Source: Botryllus schlosseri (taxonomy: Eukaryota). From it: a stretch of DNA of 64,000 nucleotides. The stretch lies in contig CM119372.1 of NCBI GenBank assembly GCA_051294905.1, forward strand, positions 4,466,001-4,530,000. Reading direction: 5' to 3'. Each line of letters starts with the position of its first letter. Position 1 is the first letter of the stretch. This document shows, piece by piece, positions 36,501 to 49,300 of the stretch. The notes beneath the pieces were generated by a model that did no database searches, was not told the DNA's origin, and worked only from the letters and a program-made list of their open reading frames with translations. The position numbers were made by a program, and so were the translations under genes.

Positions 36501-39500
36501 ATTTTTGAAGAGCCCTACTGTACAGTACATCGTACAGTATGGTTAATTGGTTATCTCCAAAAAATACCAGTGCCTTCTGTATAAATTAGCAACCCTTTTA
36601 CTTTTCAGCCATTGATTACTGATTACGATATAAATCCAGTACAGCTTTTGGTTATGACGATACGGAACAGCAACCGTAAAGGATTGCAGCCATGCAGCGG
36701 CACCAGCAACCTGCGTGTGGTGTACCTAAATGTGCGAAATATGACGTCAGTCACGCTTGAATGAATTTGGTCGATTTGTTATTGTCGATCTATCTATAGA
36801 TAACTAACCTACCGCAGGTTAGTTATCTATAATCTATCTGCAGCAGTCATTTGACTTGAGAATTAGTAGCCTATGTTAGTCGGTTGTCTGTCATTGATAT
36901 AATAGATATTATTATTCCAAATAGATGTAGAATGATAGCGTGTGTGACTGCTGGATTGCTTGATATTACTGTTATCTTTACCAAAGCTCATAAGTCCAGC
37001 ACCATCCGCCACTACCTTCGAGTACACGCATGGTGGTACTATGACATATCCCCACCTTCAGCGTGATGAAAATAGGCATCTTCACTATGGTTTTGCTCTT
37101 TGTTTTTCTCACTGATCCCCTCGTCGTGTTCCAACGCTCTGTTATCGTGGCCTGGATGCGTCGCGGATTTCCGATGCGACTCGATCGGAATTCGCTTCTT
37201 TTTGCTGAGCCTAGTCCACCATGTCAGCCGGTACAACTAACAGATATACAGATTGTTATCAGAGGCGTCAACCTGCTAACCGATAAGTGCGTTGACTTCT
37301 CACATGTTTTTCGTCTATGGGAGGTGTGAACAAACTTATAACAACCGCGATGATCACAGTCACAGCTCCAAGTATCAATGCGAAGTATAAGTAATGAACC
37401 TGAAAGTAAAAAAAATCATCACTATTTTCATTGTGGTCAATAATGTAAATAAACGGAATATCCGTACGAATCTACGCCACGGGTCGGCATACTATCGGAC
37501 TACCAACTTACCAGAGATGAGCGGATTTGAAATTTCTATGTCCTAATCCAATCCAAATCCGAACCTTCAAATCCAAATCCAAATCCTAATCCATAACTTT
37601 TTCATATTCATGTCCATATCCAATCCTAATCCGATTCCAACTGGAAATTCAGAAAAAATACTAATTTATGCAATGGAGGGATTCGAAAATTTTCTTTCTC
37701 AACCAACGATTCACTTGATTCAAGATAACTTGCTAACCATGAGTACATTAATAACTGATCTGAATAAAGTTTGTCGCCATTCGCCAAAAGACATTTCAAT
37801 CTCCCAGAAAATAGGTAAATCCAATCCAAATCCTAATCCGTTTCGAAAAAAAATCTCTAATCCAAATCCAATCCAAATCCGACAAAATTTCACAAATCCT
37901 GTTTTTTCAAAACCTAATCCTAATCCATGCTCATCTCTGCAACTTACAACAAGCGATTTTGGTCCACTTCGCATTCGCATCAAATAAAACTAATTGGGGC
38001 ACCGCAACCGTTATTCAGCTAACATTTACAATTTACATGATTCTTGTTGTTTCTGATACCTCATCTACTTTTCTGGTGTTGACTAGTGGTATTTACTGAC
38101 ACGTTATAAAGCTATGGAGCCTCAGCACAAGATTGAAAGAGTTGCCGACACCTTATATAGGTTTTGAATTACTTGGTACGTTGAAGAGTCATCCAACATA
38201 TTTAGAAATATTATAGAAGACTTTCATATACTAGGCTGCATATGTCAAAGATACTAACTTTTGCGACCACTGCTGGTCTTGTGTCTTCCTCTCCGCATAG
38301 TGGCGCGGCGTAAACAAAATCTAAAATCATTCGTATGATCCCAATGACCAACCCGATGGTTAACGACCAAAACGCTCCCTGAAATGAACAGGATCGCACA
38401 TCACTGACACCCTTAATTTCAGGGTGCTGTAATTCATTATGAGCACCGTTTCGTTCAATCTCGGCCAAAACATCGCCATGACGAATATTACGGCAATAGG
38501 CGGAGCCAGGAAGCTTGAAACCGACTGAATGTAGTCGAAAAGCTGTCCGCTTGCAGCAACCTGCACTATAGGCACCCATGCGATGCTTACACCGACCATG
38601 CACAATATGAAGACTCTGAAATTATTATTCATAAACTTACAATCGACTGACTTTTCTAGAAAACGAAAAATGATTCTCCCGTACCGGCCGACCACCATCA
38701 GCTCTCGCTGCGAAGCATTTTTGCGAATTTTAGTCCAAATGTCACACGTGAACAAAGTCGAGCTACTGTTGAAGACGGATGTCAGTGACGACATAAGGGC
38801 GGCCATCATCACCGCAAGCATCAGCCCTGTTTTTATTTTTGTCAGATAAGGGGGAGACATTAAAATTGCTAACGTCCCCCCGTACCTCTTAGTCCTGTTG
38901 GCATTATTTCCAGCACCAGCTTCGGATAAGCCACATTGGTGCATCCAACTGATGTTCCGCAATATTGTTCACAGAGTTCCGGGACTGCACATCCAACAGC
39001 GTCTGTAAAGACGGAAATATGATGACCGTAACGGCAACATTAATAGCATTTGTTCTCATTTTGCGATAGTGGGGAATATATAATGTAGTTGGCCCTAGTC
39101 GATTCGGTGGCGCTGGCAGCACGACGGCTACCGGTTACAGTGTTCGCGCTGATACGAAGTACAAGCTGAATTGATTGCGAATACTGCTGTAGAACATGTG
39201 CAATGCGCATGTAGACTATATTGTATAAAATCAACAGATGGGAACGCATTGGAACTACGAGTGCCCTAAGGCCCAAGGTAGCAGAAGACTTTCATTATGC
39301 TACACAGTGAGAAATATAAATGGATAACGTTTGCCAGGATACGTAAGGTTCTACCAAGTCAGTCCAAGAAAGGATAATGGCCCATTTAGGGTAGGCTTAC
39401 CATACGTCGTCTTTTAAGAGGATTTGTCCTCTTTTTTGACTTTTTTGAAAGTGTCCTCGGAGGACGCCCTTTTGTCCTCTTTTTTGAGATTTTGTCCTCT

Positions 39501-39861
39501 TTTTTAGGATTTAAAGCAGATTTAGAGCAAATTGCGAGTGATATGCCATATATTAGCACAGACGTGAAGCTCCGACGGGTGAAAAACGGTGAATTTAGCT
39601 CTGAGCGAAAAGATGACCTTTTTTTTTTTTTTTTTAGTCATCCACCTAGCAATGTGGGGAGAAAAACGGTATTTTGAGTTCTGAGCGGAAGAGATGACCT
39701 ATTTTTATTTTTTATTTTTTTTTTTAGTCATCCACCTAGCAATGTGGGGAGAAAAGCGGTATTTTGAGCTCTGAGCGGAAGAGATGACCTTTTTTTTTTA
39801 GTCATCCACCTAGCAATGTGGGGAGAAAAACGGTATTTTGAGTTCTGAGCGGAAGAGATGA

Positions 39862-39894
<33 letters not shown>

Positions 39895-42199
39895 TTAACC
39901 AGTCACAAAGTGGGAAAAATTAACCGGTTTTTGAGAATTCTACTCCGGTTTTGAAAGTTGGAAATTTATGAAAAAGTGTCCTCTTTTTAGATTTCCAAAA
40001 TATGGTAAGCCTAATTTAGGGTCCAGGATAACGTCCCACCTATAGGGCTGCATTTAAAACAAACATGATTAAAACAAGGTCCTTGTTTAAACCACGTTTT
40101 TTCATTGTTTTTTGTTTGCTTGTTTTTAAATCCATGACGTCACGAATATCAAATTGTGACGTCATAGTGGTCTGAGATGAACAATTGAAAATATAGGGTA
40201 AATATAGCTCCTTTGACGAAGTATCTACGTACTAAAGCTGTTGAACCGACTATTTTGAGGGTTCCAACCACCCCATATCGTATACGTCGGCTGTAGCGGG
40301 TGGTAATCGTCCGTATAGGCTCATACAACGTGTTTTTTGGAAAGTATTTACACATTTATGGCATAATTATACAACTTAAAAAACACAATTATGTTTCATG
40401 ATTTAAACAAAGTGTTTTAAACAACCATTTGTTTTAAATTCAGCCCTAGTGCTATACCACGGTTCCCACAGAGCCATGGAGGTATACACGCGATCTCAGG
40501 TCTGGTATCAATATGGGACGGAAATAATTGCCTTTCGAACAAAATATTTTAAGAGTTGTGTTGCTCTGGGTAAAATCAAGACGAAACTTGTAACCTGCAT
40601 TATTTTGAGGTCAGTGAAGTGGATGCGAGAAACGTGTGCCTACTGCCTATATCACCAATTCGCCAGATGTGGTCAAAATAGTCACCGTGGCTACTCTCGA
40701 GTAGAAGTAAAAATACCGTCACGAATTTCTACTCAAAAATAAGTAAAAGTAGAAATTGTCAAGTCACGTCAAAATCTACTTCAAGTGCGTAAGTAGAAAA
40801 CGAAAGGAAAGATACACTTCAATAAGGAGCAGTATAAGCTTTACAATATCAATATCACTATCAAGACACGGATTAAGCACTATACTTAGGCCTATTTATT
40901 ACCAGTAAACACGATACGACTCATCATTCCCACCATCACCATCATGTACATCGGTAAGATTTTCAATAACCCAGCCATCACGCAGCCTCCTTTCGCGTGC
41001 GACAAGTTTTTCGCAGCTAGCGTCCGTTGGACAATTACCTAAAAGCAACCGTCCAAACGATCTCGCAGCAATCATTTATTTACTACCGGAAACTGACCTG
41101 ATCCGTGCACCAGTACCATGTCGAGATGACAGTCAACCCAAAAATAAGTCCCGGCCAGGGCAAATCACCTTCTACAGGGTCTCTTAAAACGTTAAAAGAA
41201 TCGGCACGAGGAACGCCACATTCAGAATGATTCTCAGGTTGTACAGATGGGATGGCATTCATATATTTTGGCTCAAGTTGGTCGTATCCTCCTATCCTCG
41301 AAAAAGCTGTATAACCAAGAACATTGCTATAATTTGTTGATCAGTCAAATACACGAGTATGGAATCATACATAACGCCATCATCACAATCGCTCCAGCGG
41401 TCATAATAAAGGTCTGTGCCGTATCGGTGTATATCACGGCCGCTAGTCCGCCAGTTACCGTGTACAGAGCTGTGATTGCCAGCAGAAGAACCATGGCAAG
41501 GTAAAGATTCCAACCAAGTGCTTCCTGTATGAAGATCGCTCCCGCAAACAGATCTGCCTGCAGACACAATCGTTGGTGTGAAATGTATGCTTATTTTGAT
41601 TGAAAATTATGGTAAAACCACCGAGATTTTGGTGAATATGTACAGCAGAAGTGATAGAATCGATAGATAAATTTGTATTCTTTCCCCGCCGAATCTGGCT
41701 TTCAGATATTCCGGCATCGTGACGATGCCAGCAGCGATGTAGATTGGTGCAAATATCCAGCCAAGCAAAAATAATGTCAGCATCGCCTTAATACAACACG
41801 AAATATGAGATAAAAAGTGTTACGATACCATATTCAACTTACATTCCACTCAAATCCTCCGACAGCGAGTCCAGCCGCTGCTCCGGTGCCTGCTAACCCT
41901 ACAAAGTGCCCGCTTCCGATATTACTGCTGAAGAGCGAGGCCCCTACTGGGAACCACGTTATATCTCTTCCGGCAAGAAAAAATCCGTCGACGCTGCCTC
42001 TGTTAGTACGGCACATCGCCTAACATAGAATAATTTTTACAAATCAGAAATAGACTCTTGTAAAGCGATCAAGATTACTCACCCATATCCCAACAGCCAA
42101 AATGAACGCAAAATACACTGCGATAACCACAAAGTCCCATACTTCGAGGTTGGCGCTTGGAAGTGAACTGGGGTCTTGAGTCGTTGCAATATCATCCAT
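33589..42199 (-). CDS. SLC5A: Sodium/glucose cotransporter (SGLT, SLC5A family), paralogue B, about 666 aa, 13 coding exons
   Basis: Minus-strand exons 42199-42083, 42019-41843, 41786-41622, 41557-41371, 41306-41098, 41038-40903, 39002-38886, 38826-38685, 38615-38447, 38378-38259, 37399-37304, 37236-37056, 33773-33589; total 2001 nt. Exon lengths 177/165/187/136/117/142/169/120/96 are identical to paralogue A. Same SSS-family motifs; ends ...[21 protein letters not shown]. Confidence 0.95.
34045..34102. repeat. (TTCA)n microsatellite
   Basis: About 14 CATT units. Confidence 0.95.
34169..35619. mobile_element. Second composite copy of host family X with nested guest
   Basis: CAGTGGTCCCCAAAC...GGTTGGGAACCACTG, perfect TSD ATTTACGG. 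Guest 34596-35554 is in reverse orientation relative to the guest at 15443-16702. Confidence 0.88.
35855..36517. mobile_element. Fold-back (long-TIR) hAT-type MITE, near-perfect palindrome with about 315-bp arms
   Basis: TAGGGCTCTTCAAAAATGAC...GTCATTTTTGAAGAGCCCTA. 8-bp TSD CTGTACAG at 35847-35854 and 36518-36525. Confidence 0.92.
37512..37939. mobile_element. hAT-type MITE with (AATCCW)n subterminal repeats
   Basis: TIR CAGAGATGAGC...GCTCATCTCTG, perfect TSD CAACTTAC. Confidence 0.92.
39392..40013. mobile_element. TAGGCTTACC-family MITE with internal tandem expansion
   Basis: TIR TAGGCTTACCATA...TATGGTAAGCCTA, perfect TSD ATTTAGGG. About 3.3 internal units of 70-90 bp containing poly-T (39601-39890). 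Confidence 0.92.
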
Positions 42200-42275
42200 T
42201 ACCACGGTCTGGCTAGAACAGGGAGTTTCAGCCCTTTTCCTTGTTGGTGCCGCTTGGTATTGCCTTTTTAACAGC

Positions 42276-42282
42276 TTTTATA
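42276..42282 (-). promoter_or_regulatory. Candidate TATA box of SGLT paralogue B
   Basis: GGGG-TATAAAA-G on the minus strand, about 80 nt upstream of the ATG at 42199. Confidence 0.45.
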
Positions 42283-42727
42283 CCCCTACTGCACGTGTGG
42301 ACTGAAAAGTATGTTGTCGTGATTTGCACGGACGTATGCAAGATGGGAGAGAAAATTATACGGTAGCCGAGAAATCCCAACAAATCTGGGATTCAATCGA
42401 TTGTGACGTAAGCCAGAAATATGACTTCGCCAAGTCGAGTCCAAAATCATGAGGGGGCATGACCACCTTTAGCACCTGGCTATACACTAAATCGTGAAAA
42501 GCGAATCTATTTTCTTTTCTTTGAATGTCCATTAGCGACCAGCTTTTAAATTGGTCAAACGTGTCTCTTTTTCATTATACCTATATTGATATCCTAAATG
42601 CAGCAAAAGCCGCACCTGACAGATCAAACGGTGCGATTAAATGAGCCTACGCCAAACTATCTAGCCGTGTCATCTCGTTTCATATTAAAACATAATGATT
42701 CCACCTGCTCGCGTCCAGGATGTACAG

Positions 42728-43363
42728 CAGAGATGTTCAAGAATGATTTTTTTTTCAAATTGCACTGGCTACTTGATGAAATTGTTACGTCACCTAAAAA
42801 CGCTGCACACCAATTTGGGCGCATTTCCGACCTATAGAGGCATTGTTACAAGAGAGAAAAGTTTTGGATTTATTTAATAAAAATAAACATTAATTGTTAT
42901 CAAATTTTACTGGCTATCTCACGAAATTGTTGGATTGCCCGAAAAAACGATGAACAACAAATTTGGCTAAATTCCAACCCGTAGAAGCGAAGTTATTCGA
43001 GTACAAAATCATGGATTTGGAAATTCTTCAATTATTATGTATTATCGATCCACCCACCGTAAATACCATGATTCGAAATTTCAAATTTTGAACATCAATA
43101 ACGTCGTTTCTACTGGTTCGAATTGAATCAAATTAGTTGAGCATCGTTTATCAGACAATCTAACAATTTCGTGGGGTAGCCAGTAAAATTCGACCAAACT
43201 TTATATTTATTTTTATTGAATAATTCCAATTTTTTCTGTTATAGCAATGCCTCTATAGGCCAGAATTGCACGAAAATTGGCGTGCAGCGTTTTTTAGGTA
43301 ACCTAACATTTTTATCAAGCAGCCAGTACAATTTGAAGAAAAAGTCATTTTTGATCATCCTTG
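42728..43363. mobile_element. Older, diverged full-length copy of the fold-back MITE family
   Basis: Imperfect palindrome homologous to 35855-36517; degenerate TSD atgtacag/atgaacgg. A further fragment lies at about 9570-9830. Confidence 0.75.
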
Positions 43364-44430
43364 ATGAACGGCTGTCTCGCTTCTAGGTGGCTTGAGTTCC
43401 CCTGGTTCAGAGTCAATCATCTGGAAAATGATACCAAGCGTACACCTAATGCCAGAGTTGGACAACTATAGGCTTAACTATTCCAAATTAGATTATAATT
43501 GGAATTGCTGAATTCTCGAAAGCTTGGAAACTGAATCGATGTCATGCGGTTTATATCAAATCAGAGTTCATTATTAAATGTATGGGAATGGCAAGCGTAT
43601 ATAGAGCAAGCGTGGCCCGTTTCGCACTATACATTCCTACTGTAGCATTTTCAGGAAGACCAAAAATTAGGTTACAATTAAAATAGAGCTTCACTTTTTT
43701 TACAAATTAGATTGGAATTAGACTACCGGCAAATCTCTCTAATTAATCTAATTAGACATTTAGGATAATCTAGCTGTCCAGGTCTGCCTACAGATAAAGC
43801 CCTCATCGCTCCACATTAACCTCAGTTAAATCCACACTCCACTCAATGTAGTTTAACATTATAACTACGGCAGTCCATAGCGGACAACCTGACTGGCTCA
43901 CAGATTTTAATTTTTCAAATAATCCGTTTATACTTCACGAGCCTTTTACATAATGGTAATTCACGATATGGAATGAAGGCTTCTGTGGACTGTTGAACAG
44001 TATTTGCGGATGCCTTTTGTTGCCATATGCAGCGACGGCCTTTTGGGAGTTTTAGAGCAAATACTGTCATATTATGACACAATTTTACATCGGTTGTTGG
44101 TTTGTAACATTGTGATATGAGCGAGATGTGAGTATTCAATTCCGCTTTGACTACACCAACATATACACATACAGCGTATTATATGAGCACTATAAATCTA
44201 AATATAAATACTTTTCGTTCGTTCCGGCTATGGTTCTCCCCTCTCACACTGCTCCTGGTGAAAATGTGAGTTCAGCCCCTTACGATCCCCCTTTGTCCTT
44301 CACGTCCAAATATTTGCGTTGTACTCACTGTAAGAGAAAAAATAGGGTACCGTATACGAGCTAACACGTACCGATGCATAGATTTGGAATTTCACGATGT
44401 TTGAGATCAATTACAGAATGGACAATATGT

Positions 44431-44892
44431 TAGGCTTACCATATTTTGGAAATCAAAAAAGAGGACACTTTTTCAGAAATTTGCAACTTGTAGATCCGGA
44501 GTGAAATTCTCAAAAATCGGTTAATTTTTCCCACTTTGTGATCGGTTGACTAAAAAAATCAAAAAAAAAAAAAAAAAAGGTCATCTCTTCCGCTCAGAAC
44601 TCAAAATACCGTTTTTCTCCCCACATTGCCAGGTGGATGACTAAAAAATAAAAAAAAAAAAAAAAGGTCATCTTTTCGCTTAGAGCTAAAATCACCGTTT
44701 TTCACCCGTTGGAGCTTCACGTCTGTGCTAATATGTGGCATATCACTCGCAATTTGCTCTAAATCTGCTCTAAATCCTAAAAAAGAGGACAAAATCTCAA
44801 AAAAGAGGACAAAAGGGCGTCCTCCGAGGACACTTTCAAAAAAGTCAAAAAAGAGGACAAATCCTCTTAAAAGAGGACGTATGGTAAGCCTA
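44431..44892. mobile_element. TAGGCTTACC-family MITE (reverse orientation, nearly identical to 39392-40013)
   Basis: Same TIRs, perfect TSD CAATATGT. Related copies at 25825-26172, 48261-48598 and about 63574-63850. Confidence 0.92.
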
Positions 44893-46359
44893 CAATATGT
44901 GGTCATTGGCGTACCACGCTATAGAATGGATGGATGCTTCTGACATAGCTGAGCATTCGATAGCTGAAATACATCAATCCGTGAAATCAAAACTAGAGTT
45001 AGTGAATATAATGCAACACGTTTACGTAGAGTTAAGATTGTTGTAGAACAATTCGTAGGTATTGTAGACAACTATAAAATGTAGCCTGCTTTCCCATTCT
45101 CCACCTGCTGCTGACGATTACCCGTGATTAGTGTCAGCCGAAAATATTAGGGTTCATTTAAATATAATTCAACTGCAACACAAATGGGTCGCAGGTCAAC
45201 ACCAGAATCCCTTCCTAAGTGTCGGAAGATTATCTAGGCCCTTTCTCGCGGCACACCCCCCCCCCCCCTAGCAATGCAATCGGCCCACTATATTGTGCCG
45301 CAACACACCGGTTGAGAACCACTGGGCCCTATGTGCTCACTCATTTTACCGAGTAATTAAATCGTTGCTCATTGGGCGGCTTTGGGACTAAATAGATCAA
45401 AGTAAAGCTGATAACCGATAAACTGGGAAAGAATATGTATGCCTCGGCTAGGTGTTTACAGGTGGAAACACAGAAAATACCGATATTTTCGCCTCAATTT
45501 CGTTGGTCTTGGTCCTTGAATAATATCTTTGTGGTAATATTGTTATAGTCAGGAACTATAGGTGACCCAGTTGCCATATGGGACAAGCTTCCACTTCAAT
45601 TTAGAGTACACGTACACAGGTACGCAGCTGGAATTATACTGTATTTTGAAGGTGGCAAAAAGTTGGTAATAAAGAACTGATGTTAAAGACACACTGTTTA
45701 TTAATAGTGTAATGTGACGTAGCAATGCTCAACACAACAATTGAGGATTTTTGTACCTCTTTCCCCCCGCGTGGCTATACACCAATGCGTAATTCGTATT
45801 TATGTATATGCAATATTTCGAATGAATTACCATTTGCGCTTTTTCGGATGTAATCGGAACGGAATTTGCGACATCTGACCCTGTTAACGTGCTCAATTTA
45901 AAGGCGTGTTCACTGTTCAGTTCATAGACCTACATATTTTCTTCGATTGGAGTTGTTCCTGTACCAACTAATCACACTGACGCATGTGACCAGCTGGTGA
46001 GACCGTAGCTCGAAATCAGATGGCAAGGGCCGGTAGACTTGATGGTAGGTAAGGTAAGCTAAGTTGGCTAACCTAACGCGGCATTACTAACTTGGCAGAT
46101 GAGCTATAGGTGCGGTTGCATGCATGTAGACCTAATATATAAACGAATTTTAAATCTGTTGACTGTTTCATCGAAAACCATTTCTTTTCTTATTTGCAAT
46201 GTTTCTCGATAATAACTGTCACGGATTTTCGATTTCCTATCGCCAACGGCAAGGTAACTCTTGCTACTATGATAGTCACGAACAATCTATGGCCATCTGA
46301 GCTGAGTTTTCACAAAAACACGGACCGTCACCAGCGTCGACTTCAGCTAAGAATTGACA

Positions 46360-49300
46360 ATGAATCGGTCGGCTATCATTTCAAACGCGGCGGGTGTGCT
46401 TCTAGCATTGACAGTGACAGTGAGCTGCCAGAAGTCGAGGTGTGATATTTCGGAAGATTGCGAGCAGCTAAACCTTCACAAAATCAACACAGAGGAGAGT
46501 CCTTATCCGGGCGCGAAAGCATGGACAGAGCCGAAGTGGCTAGAAAAGAAAGACGGTGTGAGTGAATACACATTATATAATTAATTAATTATATGAGATT
46601 GTATGCTTTTGACAGTACTAAACGCGAAAGCTTAAAGGTAACGCGTTTTAACGCATAATAACGATGTATCATCCGTACCCAGCTAAGCTAATATTTTACA
46701 TTTTCTTCCCAGAGGCTGATCAGCTCGTGGATATAATGTTTGTAGTCGACGGTTCATCATCAATGAGCGAAGGGAAATTTAGAAGAGTGCTACAGTGGCT
46801 TCTAGATTTCGTACGAAATTTTGACATATCAACAGGTTTGCTGTTCGATCGCTTTGATTAGCCCGAGATAGGTATTGAGAAGATAACTTTTTGCGACATT
46901 GCTGTTCGGTATAGGCAAACTTCAAGTTGGACTAGTTCAGTATTCGCATTGGTATCGGTGGAAAACGCTGTCAAATCAGGACGAAATGAGAACGGAAATT
47001 GAGCTGGGCTCGTGTAAGAATTTCACATGCCTGGGAGAAATATTCGAGGAAACACGTATAATCGTGAGTCAAGATAGTCTTTTGGTCTCTAACACACACT
47101 TGAGACACACCTGATTTATTGAATGGAGTCGGCCTTTAGGGTAATGCAGTGTACGACCAGGTTACTATCCTTTCGTAGCAAAAATCACGCCGCGTTTCTG
47201 TTCTGACCTTAACGCCCCAATTGGTATAATGACTCGATAACCTAGTGGCTCATTCTCATCTCCGTCGTTCAAGCAGCCTACCTCACTCAAATCCTCGATG
47301 GTACAGAGATTTATGCACAACTCCGACAGTCCTAACTCCCAAACAAGTAAGTTCTGTGAGTATGGGCAATGGGCATCCTATCACAAGGTGCATATAGATC
47401 ATTAATGAATAATCATACGATGAGAGGTTAGGTAGTATTCATTTGGCTTCAACTATCCCTACTTTTATCGACTATACGCTAAAGGTTTTGTAGAACAGGG
47501 TCACACAACTTTCACTGGATATGCCATCAACAAAACCGTTCAAGAGGACTTCCCTGCATCTCGTAGTTATCACGTAGCGACGAAAGTGATGATTGTTATT
47601 ACAAGCAGTAACTCTCACGACAACGTGCTTGAGTCAGCAAACAACGCAAGATCCATGGTGAGATACTAATTATATTATGGTATAAGTATTATCGTACGCA
47701 TTCTTGCCTAATCCTACTCCTCTTTATAGGGTATAAGCGTTTTTGCAATTGGTATATCTACTGACGTCGACTTCGCCGAATTACAAGACATCGCGACTGG
47801 AAACCTGACGGACAGCAGACGTATTTATTATTTGTGGGATACCGACGAGTTGGACTTGATAACCGAAAGTCTATTGAACGAGATACGATATCTTTACGTA
47901 CGGCGGGGTAAGGTTAGGCATGTTATTTAGTGGCGGATAGGCAGAAGTGATTAATGCACCAAAATGTGATACTCACACAAGTAATGCCGTAGATTTTGCT
48001 CAAGTTACGCAGGGGTAGTAATTTATATGGCATACCAGTGGCGAGATATAGTAGCGGTATAATCCACTGCTGCAGCACCAATAGGTTGTGGGTTCGAGTC
48101 GGACCGAGGTCGACGCCAGAATTTCTACCTAAGTGTTGAAGGTTTATCTAGGCTCCTTCTCCCCGTCTCATCCGCATAAGCGGTGTCTTAAATAGCCTAG
48201 AAATGGTCCTGGCTAGAAGTCGGCAGCTACGGAATCAAAATAGGGAATATCGACCTGATGTAGGGTTACCGTCCGTCCTCTTTTAAGAGGACTTGTCGTC
48301 TTTTTTTCAATAAATTGAAAGTGTATATGTCCACGGATTACGCATAAATGTCCCTTTTTGTGGGATCTGTCTTCTTTATCTAGAAAATGTATTTGATGCG
48401 ATCAAAAACTCGACCCGACGCAGCGAACGTCAGAGTTTCGTAAAAAAATCGGGTAAAACGGGAGTCGAGTCAAAGTGATGACCTCTTTTGATTTAGTCAA
48501 CAGAGTACTATCTGTCGAAAAGTTTCTTTTCCGGTTCTGGAGCGTTCATATTTTTTGAAAAATATCCTTTTTTCGGATCTCAAAATATGGTAACCCTACC
48601 TGGTGTGAATGATCATTGCGGTCGACAAACACCAATATGACACGCCAAACACATATTTAGGTATAGAACCAATAGCCATGCAATGATGGGTGTCTGATTT
48701 CAAAGACAGGCCTACTCCAAGTCTTTTCGAAAAGTTTTAAAACGATACAATTATTAATAAACAAATACTGAATGGTCAGAGGTGGTCAAAGTAGTACTCA
48801 AGTAGAAGTAGAAGTTACGTCAGAAATTTCTATTCAAGCAGAAGTAACGATTTTCTATCAGTAAGATGTAAGTATTATGGGGCTAGTTTTGTCTAAAAAC
48901 TGAAATCTGGCAGTAGTGGAAGAAGTCTTAAACATAACCACTTGAATGGGTATTACAAGTAGGCAAAACATACTCAAGCAGCCTAATCCTAAAATGTGGA
49001 AGTAATTCGTTACTGACCGCCTCTGGCAATGGACCAATTAGAATTTATTCCCAGCATGAGATGTTTTGACATGTAATAGTCACTTACAATATCGTATCGA
49101 AATAGATGGTTGTCTCATTGTCGATCAGCTGGAAAGCTACAAAGGAGATAAACTCCTCCATTATATTGACAGTCTGCCCACCAATCTCACCCTCCACTCA
49201 TGGCTTCGTGGAATGCTCCGAAGCAAATGCTATTGGATCTCAATGCTCCGCGAAATGCGGCTATGACGGATTTTCGGTTCTTGGATCACAGAATACATCT

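Noticed and set aside
36653..36763. Short ORF with LRVVYLNVR, reminiscent of a LINE endonuclease N-terminus; also a possible alternative SGLT-B last exon on the minus strand
   Set aside because: Only 36 codons with no further APE or RT motifs; the minus-strand reading lacks the conserved SGLT C-terminus found at 33773-33589.
37610..37987. 125-aa ORF with NP repeats
   Set aside because: Translation of the (AATCCW)n subterminal repeats of MITE 37512-37939.
38360..38962. 200-aa ORF as a stand-alone gene
   Set aside because: Read-through of SGLT-B exons 8-9 and their short introns.
39601..39890. Regularly spaced direct repeats resembling a CRISPR array
   Set aside because: The spacers are only poly-T tracts, the array lies inside a TIR/TSD-bounded MITE, the DNA is eukaryotic and there are no cas genes.
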